DNA from: Eledone cirrhosa
Lineage: Eukaryota
Assembly (NCBI GenBank): GCA_964016885.1
Contig: OZ024743.1
Span: 372,930,001-372,994,000 of the forward strand
Length of the DNA stretch: 64,000 nt
Direction: 5' to 3'
Under the pieces are notes generated by a model. The model saw nothing but the letters and a program-made list of their open reading frames with translations, was not told the origin of the DNA and did no database searches. The position numbers were made by a program, and so were the translations under genes. Each line of letters starts with the position of its first letter. The stretch's first letter is position 1. Positions 25,617-39,582 of the stretch are shown in pieces.

Positions 25617-28600
25617 TATATATATATACAATGTATGGCCGACGAGAGATTTTGTTATAATTTAAAGATAGTTTTCAAATTGATTCCTTAAAAACAAATA
25701 CCAGAATTATCCTGTGAAAGCCAGTACTAACTGGACGATTCGTGAAATTATACACTGTTTATTATAACAATATTTTAGCCTAGAGCTGTAAAACCACCAC
25801 CACCACATTACAGCTGTTATGTTATTTCAGCCTTGACCTTTCTGATACATTTCGGGGTGTTTCAAAAACAAACCCTTGGTAAATATCCTTTATATTTTTA
25901 ACTTTCATTTATCTTCCACGAGCCCATAACATTTCAATTTTTATTATAATTAAATGTATTTCATTTAACTAGCGACATAATAAACCTTAATTTTTGTTTA
26001 AGACAAACAGACAGACAAATAGACAGATAGATAGGTAGATAGAAAGATGGGTTTAAAGAATTTATTTAAAGAGATGTTTTCTGACAATTTAATCGCCGAG
26101 ATAATTGGTGATTAGAAGTAAGTTTATTCTACAAATTTCAATTCAGTTATATGTTTGCAATAACAAAAAGAAAGAGGGAAAAAAATTAAATAACGAAAGT
26201 AAGGAAAATGTTTAAGGGAAGGGAAGAGAGAAAGGCAATGTTTAAATAAAAGAGAGGAAAAAAACTGGAAACTTAAGAAGGAATACCAAACAGTACTAAA
26301 AAAAACAAACAAACAAATCCTCGTTTAAAACAGTAAAGAAAATGTAAAGGAAGGGGTGAACAACCGAGCCAACACCAGAGCAAAAGACAGCAATTTGAAA
26401 AAAAACAAAACAGACAACGATTGGTCACCCGAATTGCAACTCATATTCATATATATATAATATATATGGTTAGAGAATTGGATCGCAATCGTGAGGTTGT
26501 GATTTCGATATCCGGACCGATGCGTTATGTCCTTGAGCAAGACACTTTATTTCACGTTGCTCCTTCTGCCTGGATTTGAGACTGACAGATAGTATTAGCA
26601 ATTGGAAAGACCAATGGAAACATTGTTTCCTTGGTCCAATTTGACGAGTTTCACCCCACTCATTAAGCGAATGAGGTCTGGGAACTTGTCGATCGACTGT
26701 TTTATATATATATGTGTACGACGGTCTTCTGGAATTACGGTCTACCAAATGCCACTACAAGGCAATGATCAAACGGAAGCTATAGTAGATGGCAAAGGTA
26801 CTGTCAATAAGGACTAAGCCCCAAAACATCTGGTTTTGAAGTGAATACCTTAATCACTCAGCCACAGAGATAAAATCCCAAGCGATTTAGGCTTGTGTTT
26901 TCAGCAAGCTTTTACGAGGGTGTAATAATCTTGAAAGGGCTTGCTGAACACACAAGCCAAAACCACTCTGTGCCACAGTCGGGATTTTACATATCTGCAT
27001 CTCCCCATGCATTGAATACTCCCATGATTAGTGGTCTCCTTATCTCTCTGTCTCTGACTCTCTCTCTCTCTATATATATATATACATATATCTACTTTAT
27101 ATATGTGTGTGTGTGTGTATATATATATCATCATCATCGTCCTCAACATTTTACAGCTCTTGGTAATAAAATGTACTCAGTCCACTCTGTAAAGTGGTAG
27201 TGTTGCTGCTATAATAAAATGCACCCAGTATTCTGTAATGTAGGCTTTACGTGGGGCATTCAGCCATAGAAACCAGGCCAAATATGAAATATATGAGCAA
27301 GATGAGGTCACTCTGACCCGGCTGCTTGTAGACCATGATAACCTGTTTAATTCCATGTCAGTGTGAAATGTGGGCATAAAATGATGATATATATATTTAT
27401 ACATATATCATTTAACTTTCACTTTATCTGCTAGCAAAGGTTAGAGGGTTTTCATAGACCAAGTCAGTACTTAATTTGAGGACTGACATCTTAGACATGC
27501 TGGAGACCCACATCTTACTTACATACAGTAGTGTACTCTACAGAGGGCATCACGTGCATTTTACTGTGGTACTTTATCATGGCACTTTGTTTGGCAGGTT
27601 TTCTATGGCTGGATGCTCTTCCTATCATTGATTACTTTACGGAGTATACTGAGTGCATTTTATCATGTCACCAACACTAGAAGGTTTACCATGCCCTTGA
27701 CACAACTGAAGTGTCCTCTCAACCCTTTTTCGGTATTATTTCTACTGCTGGGTGCCCTTCCTATCACAAACTACCTTACAGGGTGTACTGGGTGTATTTT
27801 TTGTGTCATCATCACTGGAGAGGTTGTGATGTGAGTGAATGGTCCTCTCAACCCATGTTGGTATGGTTTCTGAAAGCTCTTCTTAACATAATCCACCTTA
27901 GAGAGTGTACTGAGTGGGTTTTTATCATTACACCAGCACTAAGGAGGTTGTGGTGTCATTACTGGAGGGTCCTCTCAACCTTTTTAGGTATGGTTTCTAC
28001 AGCTGAAAGCCTTTCCTAACACCAATAATTTTACAGAGTGTATTGAGTGCATTTTATTGTGGCATCAGCACTAGAGAGGTTGCTGTCATTGACATGCCGG
28101 AAGAGCCATCTCTATCCTATGGAGGGGTGGGGTGATAAGTATGATGTCATGGGTGACAAGCATAATGTCATGGGTGCATGACAGGAGTGTTGAGGTTCAA
28201 AGGAGTGATGTGGGTGGGATGAGCAAGTTTGTGATGGGTGTATGACAAGTATGGTGGAATTTGACAGGATAATGAGAGTGAGGGGAATGGGATATGGAAT
28301 GATCTCAGATATAGTACTGTACTGGTGTGAGAAGGGTTTGGGGGGTTGGGGACGATCCTGGACAGAGGGAAGTTGTGTGTACAGTGATGGTGAGTGTAGT
28401 TATTAGGGAGTGATGTAGAATTTGACATGGTGATGAGAGAGAAGGTAGGAGTGGGGTGTGATCTCGGATGGAGTGAGGGGTACTGTAATGATGAAAACAG
28501 CTACTGAGGAATTTACAACTGGTGTGTTGATATTTAAAATGGGGTGGGGTGATCCTGGATAAAGCAAGGTTGGCTGATGCATGAGGTGGGGGGGGGTGTA

Positions 28601-28766
28601 CAGTGATGGTGAGAATAGTTACTAATGAGCAAAGGTGGAGCATGATTAAGTCAGATCACATTTTTTATGCTGGTAGGAGATCTCTAGTACTGGGTGTCAC
28701 CAATCCTTGCTGTCCTTTGTCATCTCTATCATGAGATTCAGCTTCCTAAGGTCGGTTTATATTATA

Positions 28767-29473
28767 CTAGCATTAAAGCCCGGCGTTGCTCGGGGTCATT
28801 AAGTTACCAAAGTTAGGTTGCACCACCCATTTTATGGCAGCACTTTTTTGTCTGCCAGGCACTGGGTGAATGAATTGCAGACCTGGAAGCAGGAGCTGCG
28901 CCAGCAGTGACAATTGCAGTTTCGCCTATGGATATTATCTCTGTGCAAAAAAGTGTTGAAATTTATTGTTTCACAGTACTTACGCAACACGCGCGTAGAC
29001 GATGCCAGCCGAACAACAGAGCTGCGATGGAGTTGTTCTGCATGGTTGTCTGTGTGTTTTCTAAATTTAAGACAGTAGGGAGGGGTGTGATATGGGGGAG
29101 AGTTAGCTGCTGTTTCTAGCAGGTTTAGTAACCTCATAGAGGATATGTGTTTTCTAAATTTAAGACAGTAGGGAGTGGTGTGAACGGACAGTATCACCAT
29201 CAAGCTTGGAAAGAGAAAGTAGCAGAAAGTATGAAGTTGTATAGATTTTGAATGGTAGTAGAAAGAGTTCAGCAGTTTAAATGAGAGAGAAAAATCGTAA
29301 AATATTGAGTTTTATCTATTTTTTGCGTAATTGTGGGTGAAATTGAAAAAATTATCTGCGTCAAGACGCAATCGAAACTGTTTCGAATACTGAATTGTAA
29401 ATTTCAATTGAAGAAATTCTATATCATAGATTTCTATAACGAAGGAGCATGACCACACACTGAGCTTTATAGA
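28767..29473 (-). mobile_element. Non-autonomous Helitron
   Basis: On the minus strand it starts TCTATA and ends ccccgagcaacgccgggc...CTAG, the same 3' hairpin as the 18170 element. Confidence 0.7.
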
Positions 29474-29556
29474 TTATGATATATGATATATGTATTGTAT
29501 ATTATATATATATATATATATATATAGTTATGTAATAAACAACATAAGGCAATTAT

Positions 29557-29614
29557 TCCATTTACCAGTGGTTTCTTAAAAGCAAAAGATTTTGCTTTCA
29601 ATCCTCAGAATGAA
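29557..29614 (-). ncRNA. Type I hammerhead ribozyme
   Basis: Minus strand ttcatt-CTGAGGA-ttgaaagcaaaa tc ttttgcttttaa-GAAA-ccactgg-TA-aatgga; GUA triplet. Confidence 0.75.
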
Positions 29615-29736
29615 AAAATCCTGGTCTGTTTATTGAATTTGGATTTTATATATATATATTTATATAAATCAGGATGGATTCAGTTGGAAACTGGTTAGAG
29701 TACTCAATACTTGGGGTAGTAGAGTATGGTTATATT

Positions 29737-29910
29737 ATCGGTAGAGGGTCGGACGCCATGCTTTGATGCATAGAGTTAGGGCCCTTGCCATTCTGAGTTC
29801 AAATCCCGCCGAGGTTAACTTTGCCTTTCATCCTTACGGGGTTGATAAAATAAAGTACCAGTAATGTACTGGGTAATTGCTGGCCTTGTGACAAAAGTAG
29901 AAACAATTAT
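29737..29910 (+). mobile_element. tRNA/Nin-like SINE copy (5' clipped)
   Basis: Matches the 12871 family. Confidence 0.75.
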
Positions 29911-30464
29911 AATAGAATAGTCTGAAACTATCTGTTGAAACGGAAAGAGCTCAGCCGTTTGGTCCCGACTCTTTATGATATATATAGGTACTTAAGTTTT
30001 GTTGGTTTCTACACCCCAATTCATATATCACACTTGTAACTAATTATACTTAACTCGTCCTATGGACTGAGTGTTCTTACCCTTGGATATTTTTACCAGA
30101 TTTTTACTACAGTATATATATATATATATAATCATCATCATCAACATTTTGTCTACTTCTCTCTATATATATATGTATATCATCATCAGCATCATGTTTT
30201 GTCTACTTCTCTCTCTCTGTATATATATATGTATGTCATCATTATCATCAGCATCATCATCATCATCACTGTTTTATGTCTCTTTCTCTCTCTGTTTATG
30301 TATGTATATCATCATTATCATCACCATCACTGTTTTATGTCCGTTTTCCATGCTGGCATGGTTTTGATGGATTATCATGTTCTGCGACTAAACAGGCCAA
30401 ATGATCAAATCTTGCCCATATATTTCATTTTGGCATGGTTTCCATGGCTGCATGCCCTTCTTAG

Positions 30465-30940
30465 CACCACCAACTTTACAGAGAGTAGTGGGTACATTTT
30501 ATTGTGGCATTAGCACTACCACTTTACAGAGGGGACTGGGTGCATTTTATCATGGTACTATCTCTGCTACTGTATAGTGTACTGGGTGCGTTTTATCATA
30601 ACACCAGCACTAGCACTTTACAGTGTGTACTAGGTACATTTTATCGTGACACCAACATTACCATTTTACAGAGGGGATTGGGTACACTTTATCATGGTAC
30701 TAACTTTAACACTTTACAGAGGAGACTGGGTGCATTTCATCATGGTACTAGCTTTACTACTTTACAGAGTGAACTGGGTGCAATTTATCATGACACCAAC
30801 ACTAGCACTTTACAGTGTGTATTGGCTACATTTTATCATGTTATCAGCACTGCTACTTTATTGAGTGCACTGGGTTCAATTTATCATGGTACCAGCTCTA
30901 CCACTTTACAGAGTATACTGGGTGCATATTGATGTGGCAT
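30465..30940 (-). repeat. Degenerate ~40-bp tandem array derived from the RTE/SINE 3'UTR repeat (similar array at 33140-33440)
   Basis: Recurrent tttacagagtg.actgggtgcattttat, the reverse complement of aaaaagcacccagcac.cactgtaaa. Confidence 0.7.
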
Positions 30941-31439
30941 CAATACAAGGAGAGTCATTGTGTCCTCAGCCAGGCAGAGAGAAAGGGAGTGCAGGGGAGA
31001 TTAGAGTATCATGAAAGTGGTACTTTATCACAGGTAGCAAGGGAAGCTACATGTTGCCTGCCATGAGGGAAGGAATAAAAGAGAGAGAGAGTGCAAGAGT
31101 TGAGTCATAGAGATGGTCTTGGAGAGAGAAAGAGGCAACTGGTAGCTCATCGTGAGGACAAATTCATTGGATTGGTGGGTATATACAAGGCTAAGGTACC
31201 CCACTTTATTTTATATGTAGACAACATCTTTCAATTAGTTTAGGGTGGATGGACATTAGAGGTTGCTAAAGGTCTGTCGGAATCCAAGCTGTCCCCCAGT
31301 TATGTGGGCAGTGAGTATGAGAGGGGGTAGATGAGAATTATTTAGATATGAAGAAGGGATTAGGAATCAATGATGTGTGGAAAGGCAAACTAAAGTAGAG
31401 GAAGAAAAACCAAGAGGCTGGAAGAAGAAGCATATTGAG

Positions 31440-32490
31440 AGAGCATGAGGGACTTGTTGATATACCTCTCATGCTCTACACTACCATCCTTGTCATATTT
31501 ATTTCATCCTGTGTCATCTCTTTCATAAGGTTAGCCTTCACCATGTTGTCTGTTCCTCTTCTACTGATTCCATTGACTTTAGGCTGCTATCATTCTCCAC
31601 ATGTCCAAACCAATGCAATCTTCACTCTTGCACCACATGTCCATACCAATCCCTCTTATGCTCAGATTTTCACTCAGTTCATTAATGTTTCAGCATTCAT
31701 GTACTACACATCCATCAGAGCATGCTCACCTCATCTCAATCTTTGCAAATCCTCTATGCCTATGACCCAAGTCTCATTTATATGCAGCATGGCAGATCAT
31801 ACACATGCATCTTACAGTTTACGTTTCACTGTAAGAGAGAAACTCTTTGTAACCAGCCAGCAGTGGCAGCAACTCCTTCAACTGTTTCTCACTCTACCTA
31901 TTGTGCTCTCAGAACATCCACTTCCTCTGCTAACTAGGTCACCTAAGTAACAGAAGCTGTCAACTATTTCTAGGGAGCTATCTGAGTATTTGATAGGGCC
32001 TGTTTGAAGTGAGTTCTTGCTACTTACTGCTCCTCTGCATCTGCCACATTTTAAGTCAACATTCTTTGTTAACCTGCCTGAGATCCCACATCTCTTGTGT
32101 ACCCATACTCAACATTTTGTACATAATATGGAATACCTACAAACCTTTTTTCTACATATTGAACATAGCCATTTCTCTGATGGAATTAGGGCCCTATCTT
32201 CTGTTCTGTTTACTAGGACCTCAGTTTTTGCTAGGTTTTCTTTGATGTATTTCAATTCCATGTTTTGCTTGTGTCTGAAATTCTAGAATTTTTTCTGTAA
32301 TTCTACAATGGATTTAGCTATGAGAACTAGGTGATCGGCATGTAAGAGTTCCCAAGGTAGCCAGTAATAAACTTGTCTGTTATGGCCTGAATGAATTTAA
32401 TAAACAGAATGGAGCTTAAAACAGAACCATTGTGGTCACACACTTCCATCTTAAATTCACCACAGTACTCATCGTTAACTTTAACCTTGG
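31440..32490 (-). pseudogene. Highly decayed RTE-like RT relic
   Basis: Minus strand gives WELLHADHLVLIA and FCYLGD-like motifs with many disruptions. Confidence 0.5.
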
Positions 32491-33747
32491 TCACTTATAT
32501 ATCATCATCATCTAATATATATTTTCCATGCTTGCATCGGTTGTTAGAAAGGTTGTCATATGAAGCTAGATAGGTCAGGTGACTTCATTTTGCTCACATC
32601 TTCCTCTTTTAGCATATATGTGTATATGCTAAAAGAGGAAGATATCTATCTATCTATCTCATACACACATATATATACGCATGTGAAAAGTGACACAACA
32701 AAAAGCACCCAGCCCACATTGTAAAGTGGTCATGAAGGTGTCACAACAAAAAGCACTCAGTCCACACTGTAAGGTGGTCATGTAGGTGTCATGTCAAAAT
32801 ACACCCAGTCCACACTGTAAATATGGTTGATGTTAGGAAGGGCATCCGGCCATAGAAACCTAGCCAGAAACAGTTCTGTGTAAACAAGACACGGTCACCT
32901 GATCCAACTTGCCTCAAATGGGACAATCTGTCTAACGCATGGACATTAAACAATGATGATGATAATGATATGTGTATGTGTGTATGTGTATCACCATTTT
33001 ATGTCCTTTTTTTCTTTTTTCTATGCTAGTATGGGTAAGACAGTTTCTCCTGTTCTGAGATTTGACAGGTCAGATGACCATGTCTTTCAATTTGGCGAGG
33101 TTTCTATAGCTAGATACTCTTCTTATAACCAACTACAGTGTACTGAGTGCTTTTTATGGTGACACTAGCACTACTACCTTACAGAGTGGACTGGGTGCTT
33201 TTTATGGAGACACGTGCACTACTACTTTACAGAGTGAACTGGGTGCATTCTATGGTGACACCAACACTACTACTTTACAGAGTGGACTGGGTGCATTTTA
33301 TGGTGATACTAGCACTACCACTTAACAGCGTGGACTGGGTACATTTTATTGTCACCAGCACTACCATTTTACAGATGGACTGGGTACATTTTATTGTCAC
33401 CAGCACTACTACCATTTTACAGATGGACTGGGTGCATTATATAGTGGTGCCTGCAGTAGATCAGTTGTGGCTTCAGCCAGACAGGGAAAGGCAATGATGG
33501 AAGTGGATGGAGAAGGGGTGGGGAGATGAGGCCTTGGCAAAATTGGTAGATGGGAGATGGAGTGCAGGGAGCATTAACAGCCACATGCTTGGGACTGGGG
33601 GGTAGGTGAGACAGTGGCAGCTACTTGTTGCTTTCCAAGGGAGAGAGTGGAAGCAAATGTTTCAGGGTGGGGTGTTGCAGGTTGATGGAAGAGAGGAAAC
33701 ATGACTAACAGCTCATCGTTAGGTGTGGGTGTTTCCATATCATTCAT

Positions 33748-33783
<36 letters not shown>

Positions 33784-33791
33784 CATATATC

Positions 33792-33824
<33 letters not shown>

Positions 33825-33955
33825 CATATATATATACATACATATATATATATATGTATATATGTATGTATATATGTATGTAAAAGGTAAACAGAAATAA
33901 CAACACAGCCGGTACAGTATATGGAAGGTTAACGCTTGATATAGCAGGAAGAGGG

Positions 33956-33991
33956 TCTTAACCTTTCGGACGCTAGTCCTTCATCAGAAGA
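33956..33991 (-). ncRNA. Very short hammerhead motif (CTGATGA-A variant)
   Basis: Minus strand tctt-CTGATGA-A-ggac tagc gtcc-GAAA-gg-TT-aaga; family copies at 45389 and (decayed) 36888 and 62588. Confidence 0.55.
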
Positions 33992-34078
33992 AAGAATGAG
34001 AAATAAGATAGATTGAGGGGATGGGCGGGACACAATTACATACATACACATATATATGTACATATATACATACATTAC

Positions 34079-34175
<97 letters not shown>

Positions 34176-34289
34176 CATGTATGTATGTATGTATATATAT
34201 ATATATATATACACATACATACATGCACACACATACACATATATATATGTATATGTATATATATATGTGTGTGTGTGTATGTATATATA

Positions 34290-34550
34290 TATGTGTTGTT
34301 TCCTTGAGCAAAACACTTTATTTCACATTCCTCCAGTTTACTCAGCTGTAGAAATGAGATGATAGGGACTGGGGACCCTATCATTCCACTGTAAAGTGGT
34401 CGTGGAGGTGCCACGGCAAAAAAGCACCCACCACTCACTGTAAATGAGGTTGGTGTTAGGAAGGGCATCCAGCTGTAGAAATCAAGCCAGAACCAGTTCC
34501 CGTCCCACCCCTGCAAGCAGGGAAAAGTGGACATAAAATGAAATGAATGA
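34290..34550 (+). mobile_element. 5'-truncated CORE/RTE-tail SINE
   Basis: Matches 645-900. Confidence 0.75.
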
Positions 34551-35566
34551 AGTGATGGATATATATATATGAGAGATATCTGAGATACCCATCCTTATGT
34601 GTATGAGGCTATCTTCCAGTCACGTAGACATTAAATAGTATGGGTGGGGATAATTCAGATGGTAAGGGTGTGGGAAGAGATAGGAATACTATGGTGTATG
34701 AAGATAGGTGTAGGGGAGGAGGTCAAGAGGAATGGGCATATTGGCAAAGGGGTGGGTGGTCAGAAGTATAGAGCAACCAATACATAATTTGGATATTGAG
34801 ATTATTTATATTAATAGTTTGACTTATTTCTGCATTACCAGCGGTTTCATAGGTGAAAATATATCTCCTTCAAATGCCTTGAAATAAGTGAAAAAAAAAA
34901 ACACGATGGAGGATACATTTTTGGAGTAATTTAATAAAGTCTCCATTGGTTGGTTCAAATCACATGGTATTGGTGGTGGGGTTGGTGAGGTAGTGACACC
35001 AATTTAATATGCATGTGGTGGCAAGAAGATGACTTTGTGGCACCATAAACCATGACGAGCACCTCAGTGAAATTAGAAATGTCATACATGCTCTGATGAT
35101 GCTGTTAAATCTAGAAATACAGCAGAATTTTCCTTGTCAATTGTTCAACATAAACAATGTTGTTTGTTTTATCCAATGGTGTTGTTTTGCTGCCCATGAA
35201 ATAAGTCTGCATGAATTTGTGAGACTCCTGTAGAAATGGTAGTCACCCACAAACTGGTAGCACTGTCTCTCTCAAATTATACAGAATCAATAACCTATCA
35301 TGTTCCTGTTAACTTTGTAAGGCTTTATATATTGACAGTCGATCGACTTTAATCAAATCGGACTGACGAAACAATGTTTCCATTGGTCTTTCCAATTACT
35401 AATACTATCTATTGGTCGTAACTCCAGGTAGAACGAGCAACGTGAAATAAAGTATCTTGCTCAAAGACATAACACATCGCCTGGTCTGGGAATCAAATTC
35501 ACAACCTCACGATTGTGAATCATTCTCTAACCACTCAGTCACGTGCCTTCACTATATATATATATA

Positions 35567-35698
35567 TGGTGGACCAAAAGTCGCGATACATAGGCAAAAA
35601 AATAACATTTTTATTAGAAAAGAACTTTTAAAAATAAATGAATATGGAAACTTAAAAATGTAATTATTTTTCCTATGTATTGCGACTTTTGGTTCACC

Positions 35699-35701
<3 letters not shown>
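35567..35701. mobile_element. Tc1/mariner-like MITE
   Basis: ggtggaccaaaagtcgcgatacatagg / cctatgtattgcgacttttggttcacc. Confidence 0.65.
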
Positions 35702-35734
<33 letters not shown>

Positions 35735-36203
35735 CTAAGGCGGGTAAAATTCCAGAGATCCATGGACGAGTTCTCTCCAGCGGTCTCTGTCCCTCATTAT
35801 CGCTGCCATGTCCTGCATCTCCAACAGACCAGTGTCTGTCCTTAGGGCATCAACATACGTTAACCTTGGTCTTCCTCTTCTAGTGTGTCCATGTAGGGGC
35901 TCCCAAAGGAGTACTGAGTGCAATGTCAACTCTGGATGTCGGTGAGCATGTCCAGCTAACCTCAGTCTCCTCTGTGTCACTTTTGAGCTGACTTTTGGGA
36001 TGCTCCCATACAGCTTGAGATCGGTGTGGAAGTCGGACCTTCGTAGAGACCTGAAAATCCGCCTCTTCATTGCTGTAGTGGAGTCTGTGCTGCTGTATGG
36101 GTCTGAGACTTGGACACTGACCAAGAAACTCACTCAGATGGTGGATGGGTGCTACACGAGAATGCTGAGGATGGCTCTGAACATTAATCAGTATACACTG
36201 AGG
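35735..36203 (-). mobile_element. RTE-clade LINE 3' fragment with inverted 5' segment
   Basis: Minus strand 35735-36012 gives LYG...RRLRLAGH...RGRP...DRDRWR; plus strand 36012-36200 gives the upstream LKIRLF...VESVLLYGSETW...CYTRMLR; (TA)n on both sides. Confidence 0.85.
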
Positions 36204-36439
36204 ATATATATATATATATATATATATAATCATCATCATCATCACATGTTCATTTTTCCACACTAGCTGGGTTATATGTGAGCTAAGTCAGAACATATGA
36301 CCGTGTCTTGGTCACACTGGTTCTATATATATATATATATATTTTGTTTTTATCTCATCTGGTTTGAGACAATGTTTTAGAACCAGATGGCCTTCCTGAC
36401 TCCAAACCTTTTAGTTGCCTTTTACAACACGCAGAGATA

Positions 36440-36774
36440 CATCATCATCATCATTTTACATCCGCTTTTCCCTGCTTGCAAGGGTGGGACATGGAACTGA
36501 TTCTGGCTTGATTTCTACAGCTGGATGCCCTTCCTAACACCAACCTCATTTACAGTGAGTGCTGGGTGCTTTTTTGCCATGACACCTCCACGACCACTTT
36601 GCAGTGGAATGATAGGGACCCCAGTCCCTATCTCATTTCTACAGTTGAGTTAACTGGAGCAATGTGAAATAAAGTGTCTTGCTCAAGGAAACAACACATC
36701 ACCCGGTCCAAGAATTGAACTCACAACCTTTCGATTGCAAGGCCAATGCTCTAACCACTAAGCCATGTGCCTCC
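36440..36774 (-). mobile_element. Full-length CORE/RTE-tail SINE
   Basis: Reverse complement of 568-912. Confidence 0.8.
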
Positions 36775-37264
36775 ATATATATATATGTGTGTGTGTGTGT
36801 GAAAAGTAAACAGAAATAACAAATCGGCAATGACACAGTACAATGGAGAAATATATTAGTTTAACGCTTGAAATAACAGAAAAATGGTCTTAACTTTTTG
36901 GACACTGGTCCTTCATCAGAAGATAGAATGCGAAATAAAAGATGAAATAGAAAGATAAAGAATGAGAAGAGGAAGGAACAGAAAAAAAAAACATGCACAC
37001 ACACACACACACGTGTGTATTCAGTTAGCCATTAATCATCATAATTGAAAGTTGTTTTTTCTTTGCTAACAAGGGTTGGATGGGTCTTCACAGACCAAGT
37101 CAGTATTCAAGCAGAGCTACAGACCTTTCAGATGGGTGAGGGCCTGCATCCTGCTTGCATATATTCTTTCTCTCCACCAAGTTTTCAAACTAACTGCATG
37201 CCTCCATCTTGCTTACATACATTCTTTCACTCCACGAAGTGTTAAAAAAAAACTGCAGGACTGT

Positions 37265-37560
37265 ATCTTGCTCACATACATTCTCATGCTTTACCGAGCT
37301 CATCTTGCTCACATACATTCTCATGCTTTACCGAGCTCATCTTGCTCACATACATTCTCATGCTTTACCGAGCTCATCTTGCTCACATACATTCTCATGC
37401 TTTACCGAGCTCATCTTGCTCACATACATTCTCATGCTTTACCGAGCTCATCTTGCTCACATACATTCCCATGCTTTACCGAGCTCATCTTGCTCACATA
37501 CATTCCCATGCTTTACCGAGCTCATCTTGCTCACATACATTCCCATGCTTTATCGAGCTC
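37265..37560 (+). repeat. 37-bp minisatellite, ~8 copies
   Basis: catcttgctcacatacattc[t/c]catgctttaccgagct. Confidence 0.9.
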
Positions 37561-38891
37561 CTTTTATTGTGACACCAACTCTAGAGTGGTTGTCATGTCA
37601 TATCTTTGAAAAGACCTCCCAACTCTTCATTTGGCAAGTTTTCTACAGTTGGATGCCCTTGCTATGACCAACCACTTTACAGAGTGAATGCAATGCACTA
37701 CATTTTCTGTAGATCACCATCACTAGAGAGGTTGTCACGCCCTTGACACAATCAAAGAGTCTTCTCAACATTATTTGGCATAGTTTCGACAGTTAGGTGT
37801 TCTTTCTATCACCAACCAGGTGTACTGAGTGTGTTTTATCATGGCATCAGCACTAGAAAGGTTGTTGGTCATAGCCTCAATTGAAGGACATTAAGGGGGA
37901 TGGAGTAGGGTGGGAATATAATGGGGGAGGTGAGAAGGATGATAGATATATCATGGGTAAGTGACAAAAAGTCAGAGGAATGAAAAGTTCGATGTCAGGA
38001 TTCATGTGGTGATGTGCAGGAGAGAAGGGTGTGTGAATGACAGATTCGATATCGCCAGGCTGGGTGGGTCTTGTGGTGATATGGTGGAGGGAGATGGGAG
38101 AAGCTGAGTTTGGTAGGAGTTGAGAGAGTGGAAGTGAATCTGGGTACAGTGATGCTGTACAGTTAAGTTGGGAGTAGTTTCTAGATGTGATGGGGTTTGC
38201 TAGAGCGATGAGAGGGTGGGAGAGAGTGGGAAGATCTTGGGTAGAGTGGATGGAGGGAGTGATAATGAGAATAGTTTCTAAGAAGCAACAGGATTGGGAC
38301 AGGATACATGTCGTCCGTCCCCGCGGTCCATTGTCATCTCATCTTCCTAAGGTCGGTTTTCCTTAGAGGGTGGGGGAGATCTTGGGTAGAGTGGGGTGGG
38401 GAGTGATAGTGAGAATAGTTTCTAAGAAGCAATTGGGTTGGGACAGGATACATGTCGCCAGTCCTCCATTGTCATCTCAGCTTCCTAAGGTCAGTCTTCC
38501 CTACTTCATCCCATATTTCACGACGTCACGCTGAATCTTCCTGAGAATTACATTACGGGTAGTATGTGTCGGCGGAATGCTCGGCCACTTACATGTTAAT
38601 TTCAAAAGCAGACTGTTCTGTTGATCGAACAACTGGAACACTGAAGCAACGGATCTCTCTCTCTATATATATATATATTTCGTTTCTGAATTTGTTTAGC
38701 AAGATTCTTTATCTGAAAACGTGTGTTGAAACCGATATTGTTATGCTTTGGGAGGGTCATGTTGCCAATAAGAAACACATGCACCAGTTGCTTTCACTCC
38801 AATTTATTATAAGTTAAATTTATAAATTTAATAATTTATAAATTTCCGGTTCGTTGGTTGGTTCCACAATCGGACGGTTGTTCATATATTG

Positions 38892-38932
38892 TCAAAGTTC
38901 TTTCGTCACACATTCTGTGACCTCTTCAGTGA
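38892..38932 (-). ncRNA. Probable hammerhead motif (partly decayed)
   Basis: Minus strand tca-CTGAAGA-g-gtcaca gaatg tgtgac-GAAA-gaac-TT-tga. Confidence 0.45.
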
Positions 38933-39431
38933 AGTGACTGGGGATTCTTTTCTTTGTTTTTGTGCCTCTCCTTTGTTCTGTCCTACGCCAAGATGACATA
39001 TAGAAAGTGGGTTAAAATACCATAGTATTTAAAACATTAAAACTGCAACTATTTGAACATTCAATACTTGTGGATAGAGTGTAAATTTGTTTTATAAATA
39101 GAGGTGGCAGTGTGGATATATATATATATTCAATTGAAGAAAGTTGGTTGATTGAAAATCTGCCAACCTTTTCGTAACAGGCGTAAAGCATCCACGAGTT
39201 TTGTTCATCCGGAGTTTTATTATAATAATATACAAGACGGTTTCATTTGCACAAATGAAACCGTCTTTCTTGTTTATTATACACAGACTCTCTCTCTCAC
39301 ACACACACACACATATATATTATATACAGTTAGATGATGTTATTAGTTACGACGAGTAGGACTATTCGATTTAATCGACTTACCCCTCCCCCAAAATTGT
39401 TGGCCTTGTGCCTAAATCAGAAACCATTATA

Positions 39432-39488
<57 letters not shown>

Positions 39489-39508
39489 ATACATATATGT
39501 ATATATAA

Positions 39509-39573
<65 letters not shown>

Positions 39574-39582
<9 letters not shown>

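Noticed and set aside
35050-35145. CTGATGA-tgctgt...acagca-GAAT possible hammerhead (similar weak cases near 22870, 23975 and 29925)
   Set aside because: The core is mutated and no convincing stem I or III was found; not counted.
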